From the NCBI GenBank assembly GCA_004431415.1, contig QPMI01000080.1, positions 1-64,000 on the forward strand: 64,000 bases of DNA, read 5' to 3'. The translations under genes and the position numbers were made by a program. A model generated the notes under the pieces. It saw only the letters and a list, made by a program, of their open reading frames with translations, ran no database searches and was not told where the DNA came from. Source of the stretch: Cyanophora paradoxa CCMP329. Taxonomy: Eukaryota; Plantae; Glaucophyta. Shown piece by piece: positions 35,301 to 48,559 of this stretch (its first letter is position 1; every line of letters starts with the position of its first letter).

Positions 35301-38300
35301 GCTCAGACGATCTCAGGTGATTCTAACTTTGCTCAGGCCGCGTCGATGCGGGGAAGGCTGGAGGAGGCACAGGGGCGGGCGGCGGCGGCGGAGGCGGAGG
35401 CGGCCGCGCTGCGCGCCGCTGCAGCCGAGGCGCGCGCGCCCGCGCCCCGCCCGCCAGCCAGCCAACTTGCACCGTGACCTCCAAACAGACCGTGTCGTCG
35501 CGGGCGCTGGGCGGGGCCTCTGAGGAGGAGCTGGGGTCCGCCCTGCGGCGCCTCGCGCAGGCCGAGGCCCGCGCGGCCTCCCTCGCAGAGCAGCTGGTGC
35601 GCGCGACCCGCTCGCTCGCTCGCCGGCTCCATCCTAGTCATGGATAGCCATGGGCAAGCGTGTCACTCTATCCGTCTCACCTGGTCTCACCTTCGCGGCA
35701 GGCTGCGGCGCAGGCGGCGGCCGCGGCGGCGGAGGCGCGCGTGGCGGCGGCGGCTGACGAGGCGGCGGCGCACCGGCGCGAGCGCGACGCGGCGGCGGCC
35801 GCCGCCGAGGCGGCCGCGGTGCCTTCATCTGAGCTTTAGCTTAGCTTCGCGTTTGCTGAGCCGCGGCGGCGGCGCAGCGGGCGGCGGCGGCGCGGGAGGA
35901 GGAGGCCGCCTCGGCGGGTGCCGCGCCCTCCCCTCCCCTCCCTCCCTCGCGGGCCCGTGCCTCAAGCCCGTTCGCCCCGCCCGCCCCGCCCCTGCAGCGC
36001 GGCGGGAGGCGGCGGCCGCGCTCGAGTCGGCCCTCCGCGAGCGGGACGACCTGCAGGCCCGCCCCCGCCCCGCCCCCGCCCCCGCCTCCGCCCTTGATAC
36101 TATCTAGTCGACGGCACACGACGGTCCTCGATAGTACCCATAGTATATAGTATCTAAAGTATCTGGGCGCTCTCCAACTCTGACCTAACCGGCCCTGCCG
36201 CACCGCTCTCTGAGTTACCCGCCCCCGCCCCCTCGTCCACCGCTCTCCAACTCTGACCTGACCGGCCCTGCCGCAGGCGCGCCTGGCGGCGGCCGCGGCG
36301 GCCTCGCGAGATGCCGAGGCGCGCGCGGCGGGCCTGGACGAGTCCCTGCGGGCCCGCGAGGCCGCCCTCGCCTCCGCCCAGCAGGAGGCCGAGGACCTGA
36401 GGGCCCGCCTCGCATCCCTCCAGGTCCCCCGTCCTTCTTTCCTTCTCCTGTCGTGGTCTATCTTATCTTTTCCCGCACCCCAGGACCGCATGCAGGCGGA
36501 TCGGGGCGACTCGGATCCGGCGTCCGCCGCCATCGCCGAGGCGCACGTGCGCGTACCCCCCTCTTCGTTGCCTTGGGGGGTACCCCTCCCGACCCTTTCC
36601 CGCGCTATTTTTAGGCGCTAGGCGACCGGCTCCGGGAGGTGGCAGTGACCGCCGCCCGCACGGCCGAGCAGGTATGCCGTAACCCCACTCGGGCCCTCCT
36701 CTACCTTCTTAAAGCCCTGTACCCCCCATCGCAGCTCGCCGCCCACGCCGAGGAGAACCGGCGGCTCCGTGACGAGCTCGAGCGGCTTGGAGCCGAGGCG
36801 AGGATCCCGTACCCCCCCCTCCCCCGCTCGTTCCCGCCGCACTCATGTACCCCCCAGGGTGGGGCTGATGCCCTCCGGCGGGAGCGCGACGAGATCGCCG
36901 CGCGCGCGGCATCCCTCCAGCGGGTGCCCTACCCCCCTCCCTTCCCCCCCCCCCCCCCCCTTCGGCCAACCACTCCCTCCCCCCCCAAAAAAAACAGGAG
37001 CTCGATGCTTCAAAGGCAGAGGCCGCGGCGCTCTCTGCGCGCCTGTCCGAGCTGGAGGGTACCCGATTTTCTCTTCCTTCTCTTTTTGTTTTAGAATGCT
37101 AAGCGGCCGGGCAGCCGGGGCCGGTGCGGCGTGGGACGCCCGCACCCGCTGCGACGCCCTCGAGGCTCAGCTGAGCGAGGCCCTCTCCAAGGTACCCCCC
37201 CCCCGCATTCCCCCCCCCCTTCCCGCTTCGTTCACATTGCGCAGGCGCGGGCGGCGGCGGCGGCGGCCGAGGCGGCCGAGGCGCGCGCCCGCCGGGCGGA
37301 GGCTGAGCTGTCCTCCCGCGAGGCGCGCGCGCCGTACCCGTACACCCGACATCTCCCCTGTACCCCCGCCAACCCCTTTCGTTTCCCAGGCGGAGGAACG
37401 GTCGCTTCGGGAGCGAACGGGCGCCGCGGAGGCCGAGCTCGCCGTCGTCCGCATCCAGGTACCCCCCTCTTTCGTACCCCACCCCATTTCCCCCTTCAGT
37501 CCTTCCTAACTCCGCTTCTTCCCCCCCCCCCCCCCCCCCCCCCCAACTACAGGCGGAGGCCGGGGACGGACGGGTACGGAGTATGGCCTCAGAGCTCGCG
37601 AGGCTCCAGGAGGCCCTTCGGCAGGTGCGGGGTACCGGGTACCGCGCCGAAAACTTCGTACCCCGTTCCTGACTCCTGACGGCGGGACCGCCGCTTTGCG
37701 ATTCGCAGACGGATTCGGCGATGGGAGCCGGCGGGGCCGGGGGTAGGGGCACCTCAGCCGCGGCCGAGGACGGTGAGACCCTCCGCAAGCTCGAGGAGGC
37801 ACTTACCCAGGTTCGCTCCCCCCCTTCGCTCTGAGCGGTCGAACCCCCCGCTGACCTTTTCCCCCCTCTTCCAGGCCGCGGTGGCGGACCGCCGGCGCGA
37901 GGCGGCGGAGCGCCGCGCCGCGGATCTCTCCGGCGAGGTCCGCGTACCCCCCCCCCCTACTTGCCCGACCCTTAGAACGCGCTTTTAATCCGTACCCATC
38001 CAGGTCGCCGCGCTCGAATCGCAACTGGCGCTCTCCCGGCAGCAGGCCCGGGGCGCCGAGGACCGGGTTCGATCCCCCTCGGTTCCCTTTTATCCTCTCA
38101 GCGTCTTTCAACTCGATCCGCTTCTCTCTCGCCTCAGGCGCGGGCCGCCGAGGCGGCGCTCCGCGATGCCGAGAGCCGCGCCGGCCGCGTGCGCTCCTTC
38201 CCCCCCCCCCTCCCCCTACCCCCCTTCTCACCCCCGGGCAGGGCGGGGAGGGGGCGGAGGCGGCCAGGCGGGAGCGCGACGCCGCCTTCGACGAGCTGCG

Positions 38301-39799
38301 CCGCGCGAAGGTGCGAACGAAGCGTGGGGCCTCCGCCTGGGCCTTCTACCCCCTCTGCCCTGCCCTACCCACGCCATCGTTCTCGGCAGGGGCGGGCGGA
38401 GGGGGCGGAGGCGGAGCTGGCGAGCGCCAAGGTCCGCACCGCCTCTCTGGAGGAAGAGTTGCACAAGTGCGGCCCCTGTGGAACTAAAGAATAACTAACG
38501 GACTAACGGACCAGCTAGCTAACGAACTAACTAGTACTTGTTCCGTATGCCTCTCACTAGAGACGAACTAATCGTCCTGGGATGCTAGAGATGACGAACA
38601 AGAAAAATATCCGGTCGTTTCTTATACTAGCCCGGTAGCTTGCTCTACTTTCTAAGCTGGGGGAACCTTCCAACCGCCCCGCCCCGCCCCGTTCAAGGCC
38701 CGGTTCCAACCTTAGAAAGGCCCTTTGCTCGCCCGCACGCCAGCGCCCCTAACGCCGGGCAGGGCGGCCGGCGGGGCCGGCGGCGGCTCGACGGCAAGCA
38801 CCGCGGAGGTCCAGCGGCTACAGCTCCAAGTCGCCGAGCTCCAGGTACCTCCCCTCCCCGCTCCCCCCCCCCGGTTCGCTTATCCCCCCCCAGGGCAAGC
38901 TGAAGGTCGAGGCTCACCTGAGGGAGGAGGAACGATCGCGGCTCCAGGAGAACGCCCTCCGGTGCGCGCGTACCCCCGCTCTCCGTCCTGTACCCCCCCT
39001 GGCCGGCTGACGTCACGCAGGCTCGCGACCGAGCTGGAGGAGGTAAGGCAGGGCAGGGGCGCCGTACCCGCCCCCGCCCCGGAGAAGGTGGGCCGGGCCC
39101 CGCCTCTTGCGGAACGAGCTTCCCCGTTTAACTTCTAAACTGGAATCCCGCAGCACGCGTCGGCCGCCCACCACGCCCCCGACCCGCACTCTCAGCCCAG
39201 CTCCGCCCGCCAGTGCGTACCCCCCTCCCCAGGCGCTAGGCCGGTACCCCTCCGATCCGCGGGACGCCCGACCGCTTCTTTCTTTTTCTGTCTTTTTTTA
39301 GGATCGGCCAGCTCCCAGCGTCCATTATGGGCCTCGGGCGCGTGGCTTCTTCCACTGCGGCAACGTACCCCCTCTTCATCTTCCCCCCCCTTTCCCCCTC
39401 CCGCCCTGATTTCTGCCTAGCCCTGCCAAGGACGGCCCGCCCCAGCTTCCGGCCAGCGTCATGGGGATCGGCCGCTCCCAGCCTGCCCCTCCCCCCGCCG
39501 AGCCCACCCCTGCCGCTGCGGCCCGGGCGTCCGTCCCCAGTGCCGTACCCCCGGCCCTTCCTGAAACTGACTACCCCCCTTCCCCACCCCTCCCGGACAG
39601 GAGCATGGAGGCTTCGAGCCGCGCGTCGGGGGAGATCGCGAGGTACCCCCCTCCTCCCTCGTCCTCCCCCCCTTCCCCCCTTCCCCCCTCCATTGCTGAT
39701 CGGGCACAGGCCGGGGCAGGCGGCGCCGCCTTCGGCGGACGCTCCCAAGTGGAAGCGGTTCCTAAAGTTCTGAAGCGTCGACGTCTGACTGTAGGCTAG
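32399..39799 (+). CDS. Long Ala/Glu/Arg-rich coiled-coil protein with basic C-terminal NLS-like motif, many exons
   Basis: MTEALLDSLAGALRLRSAQARRAEEEAARLRAELDALK; heptad-like exons throughout; Ser/Pro-rich tail ending PKVLKRRRLTVG*. Confidence 0.7.
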
Positions 39800-40826
39800 C
39801 GCTTGTCGGATGCAGCTTCTAGATTGTCTAGGTCCTAGGCGCGACACCGCACATTGATGTTGGTTCATACGTATAGCTAAATCTAGAAATACGACATGGA
39901 GCCTCGGAGGGTTTAAATTTGGGGCTCGGCGACCGATGCATATGCGACTTATCACGCAAGCGCGAGCGCTGCGAGGGCTAGCGGCCGCGGCGGGGTAGCC
40001 GCGGGCTCGAGGCGCACGCGTCGACGTCGCTGCGGCATGCGCACTGTACATGTGGGAGTGCGCTGACTCTCGCCACTGAGTCGGGCCTGCATGCAGCTGC
40101 CGCGCGCGCAGTACGTGCTGCACGCGTACGTGCACGTGCTGCAGCGCTAGCTGCCTGTGCATGCGCAGCGCGCGCCGGCTGCAGCTGCGGCCCCAGCGCT
40201 ACCGTCGCCGTCGGACCCTAGGCCGCGCGCGGACCGTCAGACGCGTGCCCGGCGCTGCGCATGCCCGCGCGCGAGCTAGTAGGGCCGCGGGCCTCTGTTG
40301 GCGCCGGCTAGAGTAGCGCGCGCATGCGCAGGCCTAGGCTGCCAGGCTGTGCTGTAGGCTGTGCTGTTACACTAGTACTGCTGTAGCGCGCGCGCGCGCG
40401 CGCGATCGCGAGGGCCGTCACGGCGTTGACGACCGAGTCGCGACTCGCGAGTCGCGACTCGGACTCCGGGACCGCCGCCAAGCTCGAGTCACTGGGACTC
40501 ACTGAGTCAGCTGCAGGCTGCAGCCTGCAGAGGCTCTGTGTAAACTTGAACGTGCATGTACCCCGGCCCGGCACTCGCTGCGAGTGACTCGCGCGCACTG
40601 CGTTGCATCTACCTGGCCGTTGGCCGCAGCCGTGCGCTCTGCGGCGTGCTGGCGTTGCCTGGCACAGCCTTGCAGCCGTGCAACCGCCGCGTGACGCCAA
40701 GTGCGGCATAAGCGCGAGGGAAAGTGTTCGAGGACCAGGCGTGCATCTTCTTCTGCTGCAGTATCTGTGGCGGTTCTGGAGCAATAGCAGGAAGAAGCCG
40801 CTGTCATAAACCCGCTAGTCGAAAGG

Positions 40827-43800
40827 ATGGCGGGGGCTGGAGGGACGGTGATCAACAGCGCGGGGGAGACGATTCCCCTCTGCGACGATGCTCTCCGCTC
40901 GGAAGAAGTCCTTCACAAGGTTCGCCGCGTCGCCCTCAGCGGATAAGTTTCATCGTGACGCACCTGTCTGAGCTTGCGCACACCGTCCTTGCTTTGCGGT
41001 TGCGCGTACTGATCAAGATCCTTGTCGTTTCAGATTCACTGGGAGCAGTGTGCGCTGATTGCCTTCGATCTGCTCGCTTCGACCCGCGGCCGCGCGTGCC
41101 CCGCTATCCTCCGAGGGTTGCTGACTTCGCCCCTCGCGCAGTGCACCTCATACAAACGATTCAACCTTTCGGCGTGCTCTTCGTTCTAGAGCTAGGAGCT
41201 GACGGGGGCAACCCGGGCAAGGCTGGCCAGCAGCGCCCCGTCGTCGTCCGTCAAGTCAGCGCGAACGTTTCGGACCTTCTCGGCGCAAGTGTCACGCCCG
41301 CGGATGTCATCGGGAAGGATGTATCGGAGCTGTATTCGCGCTTCCTTCCGGCAACGAGCGCGGCCGTGCGGCAGCGAATCGAGGGCCAGAGCAGCGGGCC
41401 GTTCCTGTTCAACCTCGCCGACTCGAACCCGAACGACCCGGGCGGATGGATCGGCAACGTGCATCCGCCCGTCGATGGGTTGCCTGACATCTACATGCTC
41501 GAGGTCCTGCGATCCGAGAACGGCGCCGTCGACTCGCTGGACATTCTTGCGGACAGCCAGCACGCCGTGCAGTGTCTGCAGGACGCGGACAGCGCAGACT
41601 CGCTCTGCCAGGTCCGCGGCGCCGGCTACCGCCGCCGCGCCAACGCGGGAGAACGAACGCTCGCCCGCGCGTAGGTCCTTGTGAAGGAGATCGCCGGCAT
41701 CACGGGCTTCGACCGCGTCATGTGCGCTGCCGCGCGCTGCGATCGCCCCCGTCGCCCCCTCCTCCTCTCGGGCGCTCACGCTCCGCTCCGCGCAGGGTGT
41801 ACAAGTTCGATGCCGAGGTGCGCCCGCGCCCTCTGCCGTCGTTCCTTCGTTCGCTTTCTCCGAGCGCGCTGACCGCGTCGACCCCGCCCGCCTGCCGTCT
41901 CCGCCATCGACGCCACAGGGCCACGTGCGTCTGTCCTCCCGCGCCGCCGCCCGGGCTGGCCAGCCACGGCCGCCGTGGCGTTCGTCGCTGATCCTTCTGT
42001 CCGCCCGCAGGGCCAAGTCATCGCGGAGTCTCTCAAGGGCGACCAGTACGAGCCGTACATGAACCTCAAATAGTGCGCTTCGCTTCACGTCGCCCCTAAA
42101 TTCAGATCGTCCGCGTGGCCGTGGCCGACCCCCCCCGCCCTCCAGCCCCGCGACCGACGTGCCCTTCGTCGCTCGGGCGCTCTACTGCAAGACTAAGTTC
42201 CGCCTTATCCCCGACGTCGGTGAGCGCAAATTCGAGGCGGCGGCGGTGGCGCCCGGCCCTCGCCCGCCCGCCCCCAATCTGACTCTGTCCTCCGCAGAGT
42301 ACCAGCCCGTGCCGCTCGTCTCGGCCCCTGCGCAACATGGGGGTGCGGGCCTCCTTGTCCTTCGCGATCGTTCAGGACGACAAGTGCTGGTGCGAGCAAG
42401 CGAGCCGCGCCGCTCTGTTGTCGCCCGCTGCCGCCGAGCCCGAGCCACGCGCAGGGGCCTCTGCTGCTGCCACCACTACGAGCCCAGGGCCCTCCCCTGC
42501 GCAACATGGGGGTGCGGGCCTCCTTGTCCTTCGCGATCGTTCAGGACGACAAGTGCTGGTGCGAGCAAGCGAGCCGCGCCGCTCTGTTGTCGCCCGCTGC
42601 CGCCGAGCCCGAGCCACGCGCAGGGGCCTCTGCTGCTGCCACCACTACGAGCCCAGGGCCCTCCCCTACCACGTCATGGTGCGCGGGACTGCACCCTGCC
42701 TTCCTTGCCCCGCGCGCGCCCCGGCCGGCTGATCGTCGAGCCTTCCTTCCTTCCTCCCCCCTCCTCGCAGGCGGCCTGCGTCACCCTCGTCTCGATGTTC
42801 CAGGCCTCGATGCAGGCCAAGACGCACAAGCTGCGGCAGGAGTACGAGATGAAGGCGCGCTCGATCCAGGCGCAGATCCTGAACCAGTCCTGCGTCAACC
42901 TGGACTACGTGGACGCCCTCATCAACTGCCCGCCGAGCGTCCTGGACCTCGTCGAGTCCTCGGGCGCCTCGATCGTGGCCGGAGGCGACGTCTACTCGCT
43001 GGGCGTCGCGCCCAGCAAGGACCAGGTGCTGGCCTTCACGCACTGGCTCCGCGACGAGACGGCGTCGGCCCCCGCCGACGAGATCTGGATGTCCACGTGC
43101 CTCGTCCGGGACTACCCCGCCGCCTCGGCCTTTAAGCACGTCGCGTCGGGCGTCCTCGCCGTCGCCATCTCGCGCGAGCAGTCCGAGTTCGTCCTGTGGT
43201 GGCGCAGCGAGGTCTCCAAGGCCGTCCACTGGGCCGGCACGCCCGACAAGTCCTTCGTCGTCTCCAGCAAGGACGTTCTCCACCCCCGCAACTCGTTTGA
43301 GCGCTGGACGGCCCTCGTGACGGACCGCTGCGAGGTTCGGCGGAGATTTGATTTGATCCGGATTCGATCCGGAGGAGAGGATTCGATCCGACTCCCGTTC
43401 CAACTTCGTTCGCAGGTGTGGAGTGACGCGGACATTGCCGCGGCGCGCATCTTCCGCATCACAGTCGGAGACCTGAACGTCCGCATCTCGGCCGAGGTGC
43501 TTCCTACCCTCCCCCGCCCCCCTCCCTCGAAAGCAAAGCAAGACCCGGCACTGACTGACCGCGCACCCGCCCGCCCGCAGCTCAAAGTGCGCGGCGAGAT
43601 CCTCGGAAAGCTGAACGCGGAGCTAGAGGAGTCCAACTCGAAGCTGGCGCGCCCCGTTCTCTTTATTTCTTTCCGGCCCCGCGCCTGCGTTACGGAGCTG
43701 ACGAGCTTGGCCGCGCAGCGCTACGTCGCCTCGGAGCTGACGACCCTCATCCAAACGGTGCCCGTGCCAGTCATCGGCATGAACAAGACCATGAGGATCG

Positions 43801-46800
43801 ACGAGTGGAACCCGGGTGCGCCCGCACGCCTGCCCGCCTCCGCCGAGCCAGCCAGCCAGCCAGCCAGCCCTGCCCACGCCCCCTCCCTCCCTGACGCAAC
43901 GCGACGCGGCCCCGGCAGCCTGCGAGAAGTACTTCGGCTTCAACAAGCAGGAGATCCTCGGCTCCGACTTCGTCGAGAAGGCGGTGCGCGGGCGGACCGC
44001 CCTTCTGCCAGTTGTTATTAGGATAACTTGGAAGGAACATGAAGAAGAAGAACTCACCGACGCCTCGAGCAGGTCATCTACGAGCAGCGGGAGGCCTTCA
44101 CGAAGGCGCTGGCCCTCGCCCTGGCCGGCAAGCAGGTCAAGGACGTAGAGTTCACGGTGAATTCTGGCCCATCCTATCCTAGCCTAGCCTAGCCTAGCCT
44201 AGTCTCACCGGGCCGGACAGGTCTTCGCGAACGGCAAGCGGACCGAGTTCTCGCTGCACGCGGCCCCCCGCATCGACTCCAACGGCCAGGTGGAAGGCGT
44301 CGTCGGTACTTTAAGCTTTCTCCGCTCTCCTTCGTACTTTAAGAAGGCGGCCGCTGACCGGGAGGCGCGCCCGCGCGCCCGCGCGCCGCTGGGCAGCCGT
44401 CTGCCAGGACATCACGGAGCGCAAGGAGGTCGCCAAGGCCGAAGTCCGCGCCGCCCAGGGTCCGCCCCCGCCCGCCCGCCATCCCGGCCGCCTCCCGCTC
44501 ACGCCGGCCGCGCAGCCCGCAGCGCGAACGACGCCAAGAGCATGTTCCTCGCCACCGTCTCGCACGAGATGCGGACCGTGCGCCGCCGCGCCGCGCCCGG
44601 CCTCCCTTCCCGCGCGGCGCGGCGCTGACGCACGCGACCCGCGCGCAGCCGCTCAACGGGATCCTGGGGATGCTGCAGCTGGCGATGGACAGCGAGTCGC
44701 TGCCCAAGGTGGCGGAGGACTACGTGAAGCGGGCGTTCCAGTCGGGGGAGCACCTGCTCTCGCTCATCTCGGACATCCTCGACATCTCCCAGATCGAGTC
44801 GGGCAAGATGCAGCTGCGGCACATGGCCTTCGACATCCGCTCGCTGCTGCGCTCGGCGATCAACCTGATCAGCCCCAAGGCCGAGGCCAAGGGCCTCAAG
44901 GTCTCCTCCTGCCTCTCCGACGACTTCCCGATTCGCGTCATCGGCGACTCGGACCGCCTCCGCCAGGCCCGGCCGCCCGCCCGCCCCGCGAGCCGCCCTG
45001 CACCGCCCGGCGCTGACGGGGCGCCCCGCAGGTGCTCATCAACCTGTGCAGCAACGCCGTGAAGTACACGCGCAAGGGCCGCATCACCGTCACCTGCTCC
45101 ATCGAGGAGGAGGAGGAGGATCACCGCCTCGAGAAGAAGACGGCCCGCCTCCGCTTCGAGATCAAGGACACCGGTTCGCGCCCCCGCGCGCCCGCGCCCG
45201 CGCCAGCCGCGGGTCGATCTTCTGGTCCGCCGACGCGGGCGCGGGGGCGCAGGCATCGGCATCCGGGAGAGCGACCTGAAGATCCTCTTCACGCTCTTCA
45301 CGCGCATCCGCGAGGAGAACTTCCAGGACCCCGGCGGCACGGGCCTCGGCCTCGGTGCCCGCGCCCCACGGCGGCGCAACGCGCCCCGCGGCCCGGCTCA
45401 CCGCCCCGGCAGCCATCTGCAAGCAGCTCGTGCAGCTGATGAACGGCGAGATTGGCGTGCAGAGTAACTACGGCAAGGGATCCGTCTTCTGTGCGCCCGC
45501 CCCGGCCCGACAGCGGCGTCTGCGCTGTCGTGCGCTGCCCACGGCTGACGCGCCCGTCCGCCCGCCCGCCCGCCGCGCAGGGTTCGTCATCCCGTTCGAG
45601 ATCGCGGCCGACGCCAACGCGGCGATCGACGACGGCGAGGACGAGTTCAACAAGCCCGCGGTGCGCGCCGGCAGGCCGGCCCGCCCGCCCGCCCGGCTTG
45701 CCCGTCCGGTCGACCGACTCGGCTCGCGCCGCCGCCGCCAGATCGAGGTGCACCGCTCGGCGGTCATTTTGCTCGCCGAGGACAACGAGTTCAACGTGCG
45801 CCCGCGCACGGCCGCCGCCCCGCCCCGCCCCGCCTCGCCCCGCGCCGCGCGGCCGACGGCGCGGCCGACCGGGGCGCAGATGGAGGTCGCCCGCGTGCTG
45901 CTGCAGAACGCCGGCCACGTCGTCTTCACCGTGCGCGCCCCGCCCGCCGGCGCGCCGGCGCACTGAGCGGGAGCTGACGGGGCGGGCGGGCAGGCGCGGA
46001 ACGGGCTGGAGGCGGTGGACCTGTTCGCGCGGCGGGTGCGGCTCGCCAAGTCGGGCACGTCGACGCAGGCGGCCTTCGACCTCGTCCTTATGGACTGCGA
46101 GATGCCCGTCATGTCCGGCTACGAGGCCGTCCGCAACATCCGGTCCGCCCCGCCCGCCCCGCCCCGCCCGCCCCGCCGCGACCCCGGCCCGGCGGCCCGC
46201 CGACGCGCGCGCCCGCGCGCCGCAGGACGGTCGAGTCGAGCGAATGCGTCGCGCGCACGCCCGTCATCGCCCTCGTGCGCAGCGCCCCGCGCCTGCCGAC
46301 CCGCCCGCCCGCCGCGCCCCGCCGAGGCCGCCCCGCAGACGGCGCACGCCATGAAGGAGCACAGCGAGAAGTGCTTCTCGAGCGGCATGGTGCGCCCCGC
46401 GCGCCCCGCCCCGCCCCGCCGGCGCCGACGCCGTGGCCACCCGCGCAGGACGACTACATCACGAAGCCGATCTCGAAGGAGGTCCTCCTCCAGACCGTCG
46501 CCAAGCACATGCAGGTCGGCCGGCCGGCCGCGCCCCCGCCCCTCGCTTCTTCTTCTGTGCTCACCGCGTCCCAGGCGCGCGAGTCGCGGCGCATCAAGCC
46601 CGGGGCCTCGCTGGCGGCGCCGGCCTGCTCCTCGTCCTCGGCCTCTCGCCCGGGCTCAGGCGTCGCCTCGCCGCCCTCCACCGCCTCGGACCCGACCACC
46701 GCGCCCTACTACTCCACCTCGCGCCGCGAGTCCATCGGCGGCGGCAGCGGCGGCGGCGGGCCCCACGGCTCCGTCGAGCGCAAGTCCTCCGTATCGGATT

Positions 46801-47688
46801 TTGCGCTGCCCCCGGCCGCTTCCCAGGTGCCTTTGGCGCCGCAGTACGGGAGTTCGAATCCGCTCAGGTCTGCTTTTGGCGCAGGTTGAGGCAGCGAGGT
46901 CGGCATCGCCGGCCCGCTACGCGGCCGCGGGGCGCACCCCGCCTCGTTCCCCCCCCGGCCCCAGCGCCGTCGACCCCCGCCCCGCCCCCTCCGAGGCCGC
47001 CCCGGCCGCCGGCGCCAGCGCGGGCCACGCCGCCCCGCGGACGACTCCGTTGTGGACGCCGCCACTGCCGTCCGCGTCCTCGGTGCGCCTCTACCCCTCC
47101 CCGGCGGGTACCCCCCTTCCTTCCGCTGACCGCCCGCAGGCGGCTCCGAGGAGCTCTTCCGCTCCCTGCTGGGCAAGTTCAGCCACTCGAGTGCGCCCCG
47201 CCCCGCCCCCCCCCCCCCCCCCCACCCACCCGGCCAGCGTTGTACCCCGCCGGGCCGCGCCTCACGGCGGCGGCGGCGGCGCAGGCCTCGAGACGGTGAA
47301 CAGCATCGAGCTGGCGCTCATCTCGCGCCAGTGGTCCGAGGTCCGCCGCCTCGCCCACTCCCTCAAAGGTCCGCCCCCGCTCCGCCGCCCGCCCCCCCCC
47401 CCCCCCCTCCCCCTTCCCCCTCCCCGCCCTCCGCCCTAAAACGCGCGCGTACCCCCGCAGGAAGCGCCTCGTACATCGGGGCCCAGCACCTGGCGAACGC
47501 GGGGGCCGACCTTCAGCACGCGGTCGAGATGGACTCCCTCGAGCAGGTACCCCCCTCCCTTCCACCCCCCCCCCGCCTTCGTTCTCGCGCTCACGGGAGC
47601 GCCCCGGCAGATCCGCTCTCTTGCGAAAGTCGTCCGGCTCGAGTACGAGCGGGTCCGCCACTGGATCGCAGTCTATTTGGCGAACTAG
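40827..47688 (+). CDS. Phytochrome: PAS-GAF-PHY-PAS-HisKA-HATPase-REC-HPt (GAF disrupted in this assembly)
   Basis: IQPFG; TGFDRVMVYKFD; YPATDVP; LRNMGVRASLS; WAG...HPRNSF; PAS..QDITERK; SHEMRTPLNGI; NLCSNAVKYT, DTGIGI, GTGLGL; LAEDN...LMDCEMPVMSG...KP; HPt LAHSLKGSASYIGA. Confidence 0.93.
42325..42667 (+). repeat. Perfect 169 bp tandem duplication inside the phytochrome GAF domain
   Basis: cccctgcgcaacatggggg...gagcccagggccct at 42325 and again at 42494. Confidence 0.95.
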
Positions 47689-48559
47689 CCCTCCATTTCT
47701 AATTTGCTTCCGCACTCGACGCGAGCTCGAGTCTAAGCGAGCGATTCTGGCACAGCGTTGCGGTCTATTTGTAGCGAGCTAGGGCCCCGATTTCTCTTTC
47801 TACCCGATTTGATATCCAGTGCCGGTATATACCGGCGAGCTTTGTCCCCAAACCTATAGATAGATACGGACCGTGCGCAACATGCATGCGCTTCTTCTTA
47901 CGTAAGGTATTTGTAGCTAATAGTCGTGTTAACGCGTATTCTCCGCTTGAAACCGCTTATTCTTTCCATTGGCGCGTATCTGTCTCTTCGTATCAGTTTT
48001 CTTTAATATGTTTCATTCCCACGTGCAAGGCCTTGGCCACCACTGGCCTGATTTTCGTACTGGAGTACTTGCGGCTATGTATTCAAACCTCGGATTTCAA
48101 GTCACGCTCAATTTTTCCGTAGAAGAGGGAATTAGTTCTGATAGGTGGCCCGCAGCGGGCTTTTCCGCTCCCCGCTCTCTCTTCAATTTGATACGGTTTG
48201 AGAGAATTACGCCGTTTTGCAGTTTGCAATTGAGAATTACGTCACGTGCATTACGTGTTTCATCTTCTTCGGTGTCATGTTGGAGCACCCCTCTGTCTGC
48301 GTAGCTTAGCGATAGGTTCATAGTCTTCCGTCCGATCAAGCGTCGGATGTGTGATTCAACTGATCATGAGTGATGTATTCGAATCCTCAGCACTAGTACC
48401 GGTACCAGTGCTGGCGCCTCATCGTATGCTTAGCTTCCCTGGGCCCCTGCCCAGCGCTCCTTATTCAATAGTTGACGCCAGCCCCGCCGGGCCGGCGCCG
48501 CGGGCGAATCTAGAACGTTTAACCGCGGACGGACATGGCTCAGCGGCTGGTCCTTGAAC

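Noticed and set aside
47886-48340. AT-rich ORF fragments as a transposase
   Set aside because: Interrupted by stops, with no recognisable catalytic motif.
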